Shown here in pieces: positions 22,397 to 31,156 of a DNA stretch of 41,072 bases. The notes below the pieces were generated by a model. The model did not search any database. It saw nothing but the letters and a program-made list of their open reading frames with translations, and was not told where the DNA came from. How positions within the stretch are numbered: the stretch's first letter is position 1; the number at the start of each line of letters is the position of its first letter. Where the stretch lies: the NCBI GenBank assembly GCA_011041895.1, contig DRAE01000043.1:1-41072 (forward strand), read 5' to 3'. Both the position numbers and the translations under genes were made by a program. Source of the stretch: Candidatus Bathyarchaeota archaeon (GTDB lineage: Archaea; Thermoproteota; DRAE01).

Positions 22397-23379
22397 GCAC
22401 AACATTCCACTACAAATACCCCTTTTTATTTTATGGAGAAAGAGCCTTAGCCAGCATCATAGAGGAGATCCCCCTGGACAATCTAAGAAACTTGATTTCC
22501 AATATCGTAAGTAGAAAAGCTTGGGACAGAGTAAGCGACGACCCACTAAACATAATGTTGACGGTAGCCATTCTCCAACGATTACAAGCTAAAAGACTAC
22601 TTTCAAGGTATGCAGTCAGACTGTCTAAGAAAATAGGAAGTGAAATCCAGAGAGAAAGCACGGAAACTGTTCTCAACGTAGCTAGGAAAATTATTGATAA
22701 TAGAATAAACGTTGAAGATATTCAACTTCGAGGAGTGAAAACTTCGCTGTTTAAAATTCCAGTTCCTACTTACTTGAGGATTTCACAGTATTTCAAGTCG
22801 ATAAAGTGGAAACTTGTAAATCAAATAGTAATAAATGGATACGTATACGTGGGAAGAAGAGACCTCATAAGACTTATCGAAGAAATGTTGAAGGACGCCA
22901 TAATCAATGAACGAATTAGACTAAAACTTCCAGATCACATAGATCTGAGCGATGAATATAGGAGAATAAGCCAAATTGAAAGGACGTTTACCGAAAAAAT
23001 TAAAATGCCTAAGGGAAAGATAAGGGTTGATGCATTTCCCCCGTGTATGAGAGAGCTTTTAAGTAGAGCGCGTGAGGGAAGAAATCTATCTCATACTGAA
23101 AGATTCTCTCTAGCGACATTTCTCTTTTCGCTTGGAATGTCCATCGATGACGTAAATGAAATTTTCTCAAATTTGCCGGATTATGATGCACGCAAGACGA
23201 TGTACCAGCTCAGGCATTTAAAAGGATTAGTAGGCTCAGGAACAAAATACTCTCCTCCATCATGTAAAAAACTTCGGTTTTACGGTATCTGTATCAGGGG
23301 AGAAGAATGTAAAGATATCACTCATCCATTACAATATTACTTGAGGAATGTCAAAAGAAGACATAGAGAAAAGAGATAA
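22393..23379 (+). CDS. priL: DNA primase large subunit
   Basis: KYPF, WKLVN...GYVY, FPPCM, H.ERF, YSPPSC......IC...C...HPLQYY. Confidence 0.94.
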   Translation: MSTTFHYKYPFLFYGERALASIIEEIPLDNLRNLISNIVSRKAWDRVSDDPLNIMLTVAILQRLQAKRLLSRYAVRLSKKIGSEIQRESTETVLNVARKIIDNRINVEDIQLRGVKTSLFKIPVPTYLRISQYFKSIKWKLVNQIVINGYVYVGRRDLIRLIEEMLKDAIINERIRLKLPDHIDLSDEYRRISQIERTFTEKIKMPKGKIRVDAFPPCMRELLSRAREGRNLSHTERFSLATFLFSLGMSIDDVNEIFSNLPDYDARKTMYQLRHLKGLVGSGTKYSPPSCKKLRFYGICIRGEECKDITHPLQYYLRNVKRRHREKR

Positions 23380-24499
23380 CATAAGTGTAATAAAGAAAAT
23401 ATTCAAATGGTATTATAGTACACACTCATCCAGCATTATCTGCGAGAATGTTGAGAGACGTGAGTTTGGGTTCATGCTTTTCGATGGAAACGTGATGGTA
23501 CGGCATAAATCCTTCAAATCAATTCTTGAACTGAGAAGATTTATTGCAGAACTAGCTCCAAAGCATGCCTATCACTCAATAGCAATATATGAGAAACCTG
23601 ATGCCCCCATGGAGGAGAAAGGGTGGGTATGCGCTGAATTATTGTTTGACATAGATGCAGACCACATTGCTAAGAAATATGGTATAGCGATGAGACCTGA
23701 AACATATCTACAATGTATGACCATAGCCGCTGAAGAGACCATAAAGCTTATCGAGGAATTTTTGCTGACTGATTTTGGACTAGCACCAAGGGATATAGCA
23801 GTACTGTTCTCGGGAGGAAGAGGATTTCACGTCCATGTTAAGAACAAGGAATTTGAATACATGGACCGTGCAATGAGGCAAGAGATAGTGGATTACATTA
23901 CTGGAAATGGAATAAACCTCAAGGCAACCATGATTTTCGAAGGATACTTCCTTATGGAGGGACACGGGTGGATTGGAAGATTAAGCCGTGGAGTATACGA
24001 AGTATTAGAGTCAGGATATTTCAGATCGAAGCTGAGAAAACAACAAGTCAATGCTATAGATAAGAGGTGTAGAAGAATACTAGAGGAGATTCTAACGGGA
24101 TTTTCAGGGACATGGAATGAGCTTTCAGATAAAACTAAGAAAAAGATTTTGGAAATGGCCGTTGAGTTGATGAGAGGGGACGTAGACCGTGTCGTTACAT
24201 CAGATATATCAAGATTGACCAGGATAGTGGGAACGCTTCATGGAAAAACTGGTTTAAAAGTGATAAAAGTTGATATAAGCAAATTAGAGAGTTTTGATCC
24301 TACGAAAGAGGCCCTTGCCTTACCGACATCCCCTCAGATAACGGTCAAGTTCCTAAGCGACATTGGAAGTGTAAGTTTCAATGATGACATTTATGGGCCG
24401 TATAGAGAGGGGCAAATCAAGTCTATTCCAATTCCTTTAGCAGTATTCCTAAGTGGATTTGAATGTGTAAAGCTTTTAAATGGCGGAATTCTTGAATGA
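23348..24499 (+). CDS. priS: DNA primase small (catalytic) subunit
   Basis: REFGF, ELLFDIDADH, FSGGRGFHV, D..VT.D..RL.R...TLHGKTG. Confidence 0.96.
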   Translation: MSKEDIEKRDNISVIKKIFKWYYSTHSSSIICENVERREFGFMLFDGNVMVRHKSFKSILELRRFIAELAPKHAYHSIAIYEKPDAPMEEKGWVCAELLFDIDADHIAKKYGIAMRPETYLQCMTIAAEETIKLIEEFLLTDFGLAPRDIAVLFSGGRGFHVHVKNKEFEYMDRAMRQEIVDYITGNGINLKATMIFEGYFLMEGHGWIGRLSRGVYEVLESGYFRSKLRKQQVNAIDKRCRRILEEILTGFSGTWNELSDKTKKKILEMAVELMRGDVDRVVTSDISRLTRIVGTLHGKTGLKVIKVDISKLESFDPTKEALALPTSPQITVKFLSDIGSVSFNDDIYGPYREGQIKSIPIPLAVFLSGFECVKLLNGGILE

Positions 24500-24504
24500 A
24501 ATAA

Positions 24505-25047
24505 GTGAAAATGTACGAGAAGCTACTTAAAATGCTATCTGATGAAAGGGATAGTGAGACTTTACTAAAGTTAGAGAAAAATTTCACGTCTAAAGTAGGT
24601 GAGCATTTAGCAAGGCTAGATAAGAAAATCAAGCGAATGGCTGAAGATGATGTGAGAAGGATACTGCTCGAGAAAGAGCGTGAAATAATTACACTTGCTT
24701 ATGAGCAACTCATGAAATTAAGGATACTGAAGATAACAATATATGCCATTACTGGAAGAGAAAATCTCTTAGAAGAAGAGCACTTGACTGATGAAGAAAA
24801 GAAGTTTTTAATTCACCTTAAAAAGTTTATAGGGCAAATACGAAAAAATGTTTTAAAACGGGAAATTGATATAGAGAAAGAACTTATAGTAGTGAGAATA
24901 CTAAAGGATATACCGGAAGAGATAGTTGGAATAGACTTAAAGACATATGGACCATATAAAAAGGAGGATGTAGCTGCAATACCATACATGTATGCTAAAA
25001 TCCTGATAGATAAAGGATACGCAGAACCAATAGAGGTGGATGAATAA
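24505..25047 (+). CDS. GINS complex subunit (Gins51-type)
   Basis: Helical A domain plus C-terminal B domain (VRILKDIPE.IVGIDLKTYGPYKKEDVA.IP); priS-gins synteny. Confidence 0.88.
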   Translation: MKMYEKLLKMLSDERDSETLLKLEKNFTSKVGEHLARLDKKIKRMAEDDVRRILLEKEREIITLAYEQLMKLRILKITIYAITGRENLLEEEHLTDEEKKFLIHLKKFIGQIRKNVLKREIDIEKELIVVRILKDIPEEIVGIDLKTYGPYKKEDVAAIPYMYAKILIDKGYAEPIEVDE

Positions 25048-25325
25048 TGAAAATTCCCGCAAAGATAAGAACATACTGCCCAAAATGCCTCAAACATACT
25101 ATACATACAGTCTCACTGTACTCGCACGGAAAGAGTAGAACACTTGCTATTGGAAATAGAAAATATGCTAGAAAGAAGAAAGGATATGGAGGCCAGCCTA
25201 GGCCGATTCAGCGTAAGAAAGCAAAGGTCACGAAGAAGCAAATGATAAAGCTCAAATGCACTGAATGTGGAAGAATTGTTCAGAGAGAGGGTATTAGAAT
25301 CAAACGACTAGAGATAGTGAGGTGA
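25047..25325 (+). CDS. rpl44e: 50S ribosomal protein L44e
   Basis: MKIP...RTYCPKC..HT...GYGGQ...K.TKK...C..CG. Confidence 0.97.
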   Translation: MKIPAKIRTYCPKCLKHTIHTVSLYSHGKSRTLAIGNRKYARKKKGYGGQPRPIQRKKAKVTKKQMIKLKCTECGRIVQREGIRIKRLEIVR

Positions 25326-25332
25326 TACCGAA

Positions 25333-25551
25333 TTGGTGAAAAAGAGAAAAATCGAGATACCGATGCCTAGAAGCTATTTCATGTGCATAGAGTGCCCTCA
25401 ATGCTCTTCAAAACAAATAGTATTCAGTCACGCTACAACTAGGGTTAAATGCCTCGTCTGTGGAAAACAACTTCTCGAGCCAACTGGTGGAAAAGCCAAG
25501 CTCCTTGAAGGGGTGAAGGTTTTAGAAAGGTATGGAGTAGCTGGAGGTTAG
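25333..25551 (+). CDS. rps27e: 30S ribosomal protein S27e
   Basis: PRS.F..I.CP.C...[21 protein letters not shown]. Confidence 0.97.
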   Translation: MVKKRKIEIPMPRSYFMCIECPQCSSKQIVFSHATTRVKCLVCGKQLLEPTGGKAKLLEGVKVLERYGVAGG

Positions 25552-25554
25552 ACT

Positions 25555-26337
25555 ATACCCCGCAAATGGCCTGAAGTTAACGAGTTAGTTGTTGGAACTG
25601 TTACTGAAATTACAGATTATGGGGCCTATGTCTCGCTTGATGAGTATAGTGGTAAGAAGGCTTTTATCTACATCTCAGAGATAAAGAGAGGATACGTTAA
25701 GAGAGTAAGAGACTATCTAAGGGAAGGGCAGAAGGTAGTTGCCAGAGTGATAAACGTTGACCCGGATAAGGACATCATTGATTTGTCACTGCGATATGTT
25801 ACTGAGAGAGAAAAACAGCTTAAAATGAAAGACTATAAGGATCGAAAGAAAGCCTACAAGATAGTTGAGCTAGCGCTCACAGGAACACCCTATGAATCTG
25901 AGATAAAAAGAGTATTTTACCTCTTAGATGAAAACTTTGAAAACCCCTACATTGGATTAGAGGAGGCCAGAAGAAAGGGAAAAACAGTGCTGTTGAAGCT
26001 TGGAATAGCCGATGAGATAGCAGAAATTCTAATGAAAGAGATCATGGAGCGTGTAAAGCCAAGTTATACTTCACTAGTTTATCAGGTGAAAGTTGAAAGT
26101 TTAGCTCGGGATGGAGTTTTTAAGATAATGGATTACCTAGAAAAATGTAAGAAAAATCTGGAAAAGAGAGATATAAAAAATGTTGAAATTACAGTAATAT
26201 CACCTCCCCTTTACAGAATTAGAGTTCTTCATGAAAATCCTAAGTATGTAGAACAAACGTTCAAGAAAGTTGCTCTAGAGATGCTTAAAGTTGCCAAGGA
26301 GATGAACATTGAAGCAGAGTTCAAGACGGAAAGGTAA
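25555..26337 (+). CDS. eif2a: Translation initiation factor aIF-2 alpha, apparent ATA start
   Basis: The frame is open from 25552 and encodes the S1 domain PRKWPEVNELVVGTV..I.DYGAYVSLDEY...ISEI...IDLSLR. There is no ATG/GTG/TTG until 25747. SD GGAGGT lies at 25543-25548. Confidence 0.92.
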   Translation: MPRKWPEVNELVVGTVTEITDYGAYVSLDEYSGKKAFIYISEIKRGYVKRVRDYLREGQKVVARVINVDPDKDIIDLSLRYVTEREKQLKMKDYKDRKKAYKIVELALTGTPYESEIKRVFYLLDENFENPYIGLEEARRKGKTVLLKLGIADEIAEILMKEIMERVKPSYTSLVYQVKVESLARDGVFKIMDYLEKCKKNLEKRDIKNVEITVISPPLYRIRVLHENPKYVEQTFKKVALEMLKVAKEMNIEAEFKTER

Positions 26338-26338
26338 C

Positions 26339-26500
26339 CTGAGAAAGGAAATCATGAAGTGTACTGAATGTGGAAGATATACTATGAGGGAAGATAAGTG
26401 CCCTTACTGTGGGGGTAAGCTCAAAGTAGCAATACCACCAAAGTTTTCTCCGCATGACAGGTATGCAAAATATAGAAGGCTTATGAAGTATGGGAAATAA
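26339..26500 (+). CDS. nop10: H/ACA RNP protein Nop10 (start uncertain: CTG 26339, ATG 26354 or TTG 26309)
   Basis: C..CGRYT...CP.CGG.....PPKFSP.DRYAKYRR. Confidence 0.93.
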   Translation: MRKEIMKCTECGRYTMREDKCPYCGGKLKVAIPPKFSPHDRYAKYRRLMKYGK

Positions 26501-26508
26501 TGAAATTA

Positions 26509-28635
26509 CTACTCATAAAGTTTATTGTATAATGGCTGGTACACTAACACCCACCCATGCTCTGACTTGTACACTAGTTTGAACAGCTGCAACGGATATA
26601 CTTGAACCTGCCCTTGGTATACGTCTCTTACTGCATCTTTATACTGATCCATGAGTAGTTTGAATATCGTCGTGTTATATAATGGCTCCTTTGGCATGGA
26701 TTTAGTAGAGTCCCAATAGTCTTCCCACTTGTATCCAGCAATCTCACAGATCCATCTTAGCTTTCCATAATCTCCAAACATTAAGAATCTCCATTTTCCT
26801 TGTCTATCCCTGATCACTGTTATGAAGACCACGACGTATGACACATTGTATCTCTTGAATATTTTTAGAGCCTCTTCCTCGGTTGACATGAATGCTTTGG
26901 CCACCATGTGAATCTGTGTTGAATTTGATGTGGCGTTATCAACTAGCGTAGTTTTTTCTCCCATTGATTGCAACCAGTATCCATAGTCCCACCAGCTTGC
27001 TACAACCGTTCCTGGTGGAACGTTCATTCTAAGCCACATTAGAACTTCTAGCCAGTCATTGTAGTATCCGCGAGCTGATATTGCTGACGAAGCTATTGTA
27101 ACAGGATATCTTGCCTGGTCAACAAAGTTTGGCATATAGAATGTTGTCAACATGGAAATCGCAATTAGTGAGGCTAGGAATAGAGAGAGAAATTCCTTTT
27201 CAATGATAGGAGTCACTCGCATTCTCCTAGGACTTATGATCGCTGGCTTTGCCCTGAAAGCATCAATTATTGGAGTTGCAATGCTGTAAAATCCATACGC
27301 TGCTAGGAAGGCAACTGCAGGAGCCAGTATCAGAAGCAGACGAACCATTGATGAAGCAAAGTATAAAGCAAGGAGACCATATACAATTGCAACAAGATCC
27401 TCGTTACGCCTCCTCTTCATCAACAAGATAGTTCCTATAGGAGCGAAAAGGAAGGCCATTCCCTGTTGCGCATAGAAAACAGCCCACGGTGACGGATGAT
27501 GTTCTCCTACAGACATTATTAAAGGTATCTGGGTTCTAAAGAAGGGGTTTATAACAGCCCAGAATTTAGATGGAAGCCCAAATATCAAGCCTATTAAGTA
27601 TAGAGCTCCCAACCCTAATGAGATCACTATTATCCCTATTATTACAGTTCTGATCTGTAGTGAGAATGGTATGGGAAGATGCCTTGTAAGCTCTATGATC
27701 CATAGCAGGATCAACGTGAAGTATGGAATTAAAAGGTTTGCAGAGAGTAGTAGTTGAGGTCCTGTTCTCGGAACTAGGGCTGCAAGAGCACAACCTATGA
27801 GTATAGCGGAGGTGTAGTATACTGTCAGAAATGGCTGGTATCGTTTAAATACTATTAATGTGAGAATAGATAATGCAAGCAAGTTAAATGCGAAGAGGAA
27901 GGCACCCCAGCTGGCTGCAAGATATGCTAAGAGAAGCCCAGTTATGATTCCGTATCTAAGAGATTTATCGGCGTTTTCAGGTTTAACTCCCTTGACCATG
28001 AACAAGAAAATCATTGTGAGAAGAAAAACTCCTAGAAATTCATTATCATAAAAGCCCAGTGTAGTTCTTGATACATATGCTGGGAGGATAGCGAGCAGAA
28101 AAGCTGTCAATAACCCTACATTTCTATTAGCTACCTCTTTTCCTAGGAAAAAAGCCGCTAATACTGTAAGGCATCCAAAGAACACTGGTATATAGACACA
28201 GAATGTGTATATGCTAAGTTCAGGAATGAATAACTTAACGATCATGTACAGGATCGCTGTTGTGAATGGAACTCCTAAATAAAGGGCTTTCCACATATCC
28301 TGCCCATATGGATACCATGCCATTTGATTATGCCAGTGGAAGTATGCTCCTAAGCCTTTTTCGATCAAATACTTCGTAGCCATGTACTGTACATGAGGGT
28401 CATACGCCCCTAGAAATGCACCCCATTCGAGTGGCTGTAATCTAATCAATGCAGCTATGCTACATATCATCAAGAGTATAATCAACGTGAGTAGCGAGTC
28501 TCTGTTAATTGGCAGAGAGGCCTCCGATATCCAGTAGGGTATTTCCTTGATTTTCTCCTTTATCTCTTTTCTAGATATTTGACGCAAACCTTTAATCTTT
28601 CTCATCACTATGGCAGCAATATTTTTGACATTCAT
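26509..28635 (-). CDS. aglB: Oligosaccharyltransferase catalytic subunit AglB/STT3
   Basis: YDP, YDNE, SVGEH, WWDYG, DNAT and D..K motifs; multiple TM helices. Confidence 0.97.
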   Translation of the reverse strand: MNVKNIAAIVMRKIKGLRQISRKEIKEKIKEIPYWISEASLPINRDSLLTLIILLMICSIAALIRLQPLEWGAFLGAYDPHVQYMATKYLIEKGLGAYFHWHNQMAWYPYGQDMWKALYLGVPFTTAILYMIVKLFIPELSIYTFCVYIPVFFGCLTVLAAFFLGKEVANRNVGLLTAFLLAILPAYVSRTTLGFYDNEFLGVFLLTMIFLFMVKGVKPENADKSLRYGIITGLLLAYLAASWGAFLFAFNLLALSILTLIVFKRYQPFLTVYYTSAILIGCALAALVPRTGPQLLLSANLLIPYFTLILLWIIELTRHLPIPFSLQIRTVIIGIIVISLGLGALYLIGLIFGLPSKFWAVINPFFRTQIPLIMSVGEHHPSPWAVFYAQQGMAFLFAPIGTILLMKRRRNEDLVAIVYGLLALYFASSMVRLLLILAPAVAFLAAYGFYSIATPIIDAFRAKPAIISPRRMRVTPIIEKEFLSLFLASLIAISMLTTFYMPNFVDQARYPVTIASSAISARGYYNDWLEVLMWLRMNVPPGTVVASWWDYGYWLQSMGEKTTLVDNATSNSTQIHMVAKAFMSTEEEALKIFKRYNVSYVVVFITVIRDRQGKWRFLMFGDYGKLRWICEIAGYKWEDYWDSTKSMPKEPLYNTTIFKLLMDQYKDAVRDVYQGQVQVYPLQLFKLVYKSEHGWVLVYQPLYNKLYE

Positions 28636-28636
28636 T

Positions 28637-29041
28637 TTACTTTTCTTCCGCTATTGTTTTTTCATATTCATGAGGAGATAGACATTTTTCTAAATCTTTC
28701 TTAGCTGACGGGGATTTAATCTTGACAATCCATCCATCATCGTATGGTGAATTGTTTATTAGCTCAGGTTCTTCCTCTAGACGAGTGTTTACCTCTACGA
28801 TTTCACCGCTTATGGGAGTGTAAACTTCAGCAGACGTCTTTATGGATTCTACAATAGCTACGGTGTCCCCTGCCGAGACTTGATCACCTGGACTCTTTGT
28901 AAATTCTACATAAACTATCTCGTGAAGTTTCTGTTGAGCGTAATCTGTAATTCCTATAGTTGCCATGTTTTCTCCTTCTAACTTTACCCATTCATGAGTT
29001 TTCGTGTACATTACATCTTGCCTTACCTCATACTTGCTCAA
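28637..29041 (-). CDS. gcvH: Glycine cleavage system H protein
   Basis: HEW...GITDYAQ...VESIKT (lipoyl Lys)...N.SPY..GW. Confidence 0.97.
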   Translation of the reverse strand: MSKYEVRQDVMYTKTHEWVKLEGENMATIGITDYAQQKLHEIVYVEFTKSPGDQVSAGDTVAIVESIKTSAEVYTPISGEIVEVNTRLEEEPELINNSPYDDGWIVKIKSPSAKKDLEKCLSPHEYEKTIAEEK

Positions 29042-30159
29042 ACTACACTCCTCCTATATCCATACTTTGTTTCATCATAGAAGGGCCATTTTGATATCTT
29101 AGCAGGGTAGCGTCTACCTCTGACATCAATATACACGGTGTTACCTAATATTGATTTTTCAGGTGAAATATACATGAAACCTATACATCTTCTGAGAAGT
29201 GGAGAATATACCCCTGTTGAAACAAATCCAATATTTTCAGAGTCTGAGTAGACTTTAGCTCCGTGCCTAGCTATTCCTCGCTCCATTATGAACCCTGACC
29301 TCACCCTTTTGAGAGGGGAACTTTTGATTTTAATTAGTGTCTCTCTTCCAATGAATGGACCCTTTTTCGTTTTAACTACAAATCCAAGTTTTGCCTCATA
29401 TGGGTTTATATTCTCGTCTATGTCATTGCCATATAACACCATGCCAGCTTCTGTTCTTAGCGAATCACGAGCACCAAGCCCACAAGGCATAGCATTGAAC
29501 AATTTACCTTTGTCAATAAGAGTATGCCAAAGCTGTGCAGCTAATTCAGGGGAAGACTCAAGTAAAATAAGTTCAAATCCATCCTCTCCCGTATATCCTG
29601 TCCTTGAGACTACCAGGGAAATATCCTTCCAGTCGATGCTTTTACATGCAAATCTTTTAAGGTCACTCACTTCGATTCCAACTTCGCTCATTAGCTTCTC
29701 GGAGTATGGGCCTTGAACAGCAAGCATTGAGCTTTTATCTGTTACATTCGTGATATCAACATCATAATCTCCAATATGGGATGTAATCCATCTTAAGTCC
29801 TTGAGAGTATTTACAGCATTTACAACCATTATAAACATACTTGAATCGAGTCTGTAGATTATCAGATCGTCAATTATACCTCCTTTCTCATTACACATTA
29901 GCGAGTACTGGCAGAAGCCTGGTTTAACCTTTCTTACATTGTTGGTCGTAATATAATTCAGGAATTTCTCGGAGTCGGGGCCCTCTATGATAAACCTCCC
30001 CATGTGAGACACATCGAAGAAACCAACGTTTTCTCTCACGCACATATGCTCTGCCGAGATGCTCTTAAAGTATACTGGAAGAAGCCACCCAGCAAACTCT
30101 ATAAGCGTAGAAGAATCTTTATAACAATCAAAGAAGTGTGTCTTCTTCAACTTTCCCAC
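29038..30159 (-). CDS. gcvT: Glycine cleavage system T protein (aminomethyltransferase)
   Basis: FDVSHMG, GGIIDD, SRTGYTGEDGFE, GLGARDSLRTEAG. Confidence 0.97.
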   Translation of the reverse strand: MGKLKKTHFFDCYKDSSTLIEFAGWLLPVYFKSISAEHMCVRENVGFFDVSHMGRFIIEGPDSEKFLNYITTNNVRKVKPGFCQYSLMCNEKGGIIDDLIIYRLDSSMFIMVVNAVNTLKDLRWITSHIGDYDVDITNVTDKSSMLAVQGPYSEKLMSEVGIEVSDLKRFACKSIDWKDISLVVSRTGYTGEDGFELILLESSPELAAQLWHTLIDKGKLFNAMPCGLGARDSLRTEAGMVLYGNDIDENINPYEAKLGFVVKTKKGPFIGRETLIKIKSSPLKRVRSGFIMERGIARHGAKVYSDSENIGFVSTGVYSPLLRRCIGFMYISPEKSILGNTVYIDVRGRRYPAKISKWPFYDETKYGYRRSVV

Positions 30160-30219
30160 GTTTAACTACCTCCGAGTAGTTAGAAAAATATGACAAACAA
30201 ACAATATTAGTCTTTAACA

Positions 30220-30930
30220 ATGAGAGTAGAGCTCATACCTTTAAAAATGCCTAGAGTAGTAAAACCTTGTGAAAACCTGCATAAAGTAATCGAGGAAGCA
30301 CTCTACCATAATAGCGTAAGCTTGAAAGAAGGAGACATACTTGTTATATCTAGTAAAATTGTTAGTACATGCCTTAATTTGTTCATAAAGGGGGATAAAG
30401 CGTTCAGATACGCATTTTCACAAGCTGACAGAGTATTGGATGTTTTCTCCAATTGGATGCTTACAATGAAGGGTGATAACATTTTACTTAACTCTGGAAT
30501 AGACGTGTCAAATGCACCTCCAGGGAAACTGTCCATACTTCCAAGGGACCTTAACTCGATTGCACGCTCGGTGCATTTGAGAATATTGATGAGGAAAGGC
30601 ATAAAAGTTGGGGTTATAATTTGTGATAGCTTCGTCTTTCCTCTTAGAAGAGGAACTGTTGGTATATGCTTAGGATTTCACTATGTTAAACCTATCATCG
30701 ATTACAGAGGTGAAAGAGACCTATACGGTAAAACAATGAAAATAACTGCTATTAACGTGGTAGACACGATATCAAATATGGCACATATACTCATGGGAGA
30801 GGGGATTGAAAAAATTCCAATAGTAGTCGTAAGAGGCCTCAAGCATATTGTCCAAAAAATACATCCTGAGGAGCTTGCAGACTTCAGAATGCTTGAAAAT
30901 GAATGTGCCTTCAGAAAGTTATACTTTTGA
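30220..30930 (+). CDS. Coenzyme F420:L-glutamate ligase (CofE)-family protein
   Basis: GDILVISSKIVS, NSGIDVSN, VIICDS...PLRRG, DYRG..DLYG, MGEG.E.IP.VVVRG. Confidence 0.85.
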   Translation: MRVELIPLKMPRVVKPCENLHKVIEEALYHNSVSLKEGDILVISSKIVSTCLNLFIKGDKAFRYAFSQADRVLDVFSNWMLTMKGDNILLNSGIDVSNAPPGKLSILPRDLNSIARSVHLRILMRKGIKVGVIICDSFVFPLRRGTVGICLGFHYVKPIIDYRGERDLYGKTMKITAINVVDTISNMAHILMGEGIEKIPIVVVRGLKHIVQKIHPEELADFRMLENECAFRKLYF

Positions 30931-30946
30931 AATCCTGAGAGATGAA

Positions 30947-31111
30947 TCACTTGTTTATCTTGATCTCTATCTTAAGGGGTTTCCTATTAAGCTTCTTCTT
31001 GCAGTTCGGGCAAACTCCGTTGTATTTTTCATACACTTGGAGTGGAGGGATCAACTCCTTAGACTCATATAACACATAGCCACATTTTTCACAAACTATT
31101 TTTTCAACCAT
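30947..31111 (-). CDS. Small zinc-ribbon protein (54 aa)
   Basis: Below the ORF-track cutoff. Hand translation: MVEKIVCEKCGYVLYESKELIPPLQVYEKYNGVCPNCKKKLNRKPLKIEIKINK, with two CxxC motifs. Confidence 0.85.
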   Translation of the reverse strand: MVEKIVCEKCGYVLYESKELIPPLQVYEKYNGVCPNCKKKLNRKPLKIEIKINK

Positions 31112-31156
31112 AGTATAATATGAAGATTAAAAGCTGAAAATAAATTTAACAGAAAA

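Noticed and set aside
25549..25551. Genome-wide TAG recoding (pyrrolysine or alternative code) to explain the in-frame TAG between rps27e and eif2a
   Set aside because: TAG ends eif1a, ksgA, dph2 and glyA at normal lengths, and no other gene in the window has an internal TAG. Only local readthrough remains possible.
25747..26337. ORF-track start for aIF2-alpha, or a pseudogene call
   Set aside because: That start would delete most of the S1 domain, whose coding sequence is intact upstream with no frameshift or stop.
30848..31072. Plus-strand 74-aa ORF
   Set aside because: It overlaps the cofE-like gene end and is antisense to a convincing zinc-ribbon gene.
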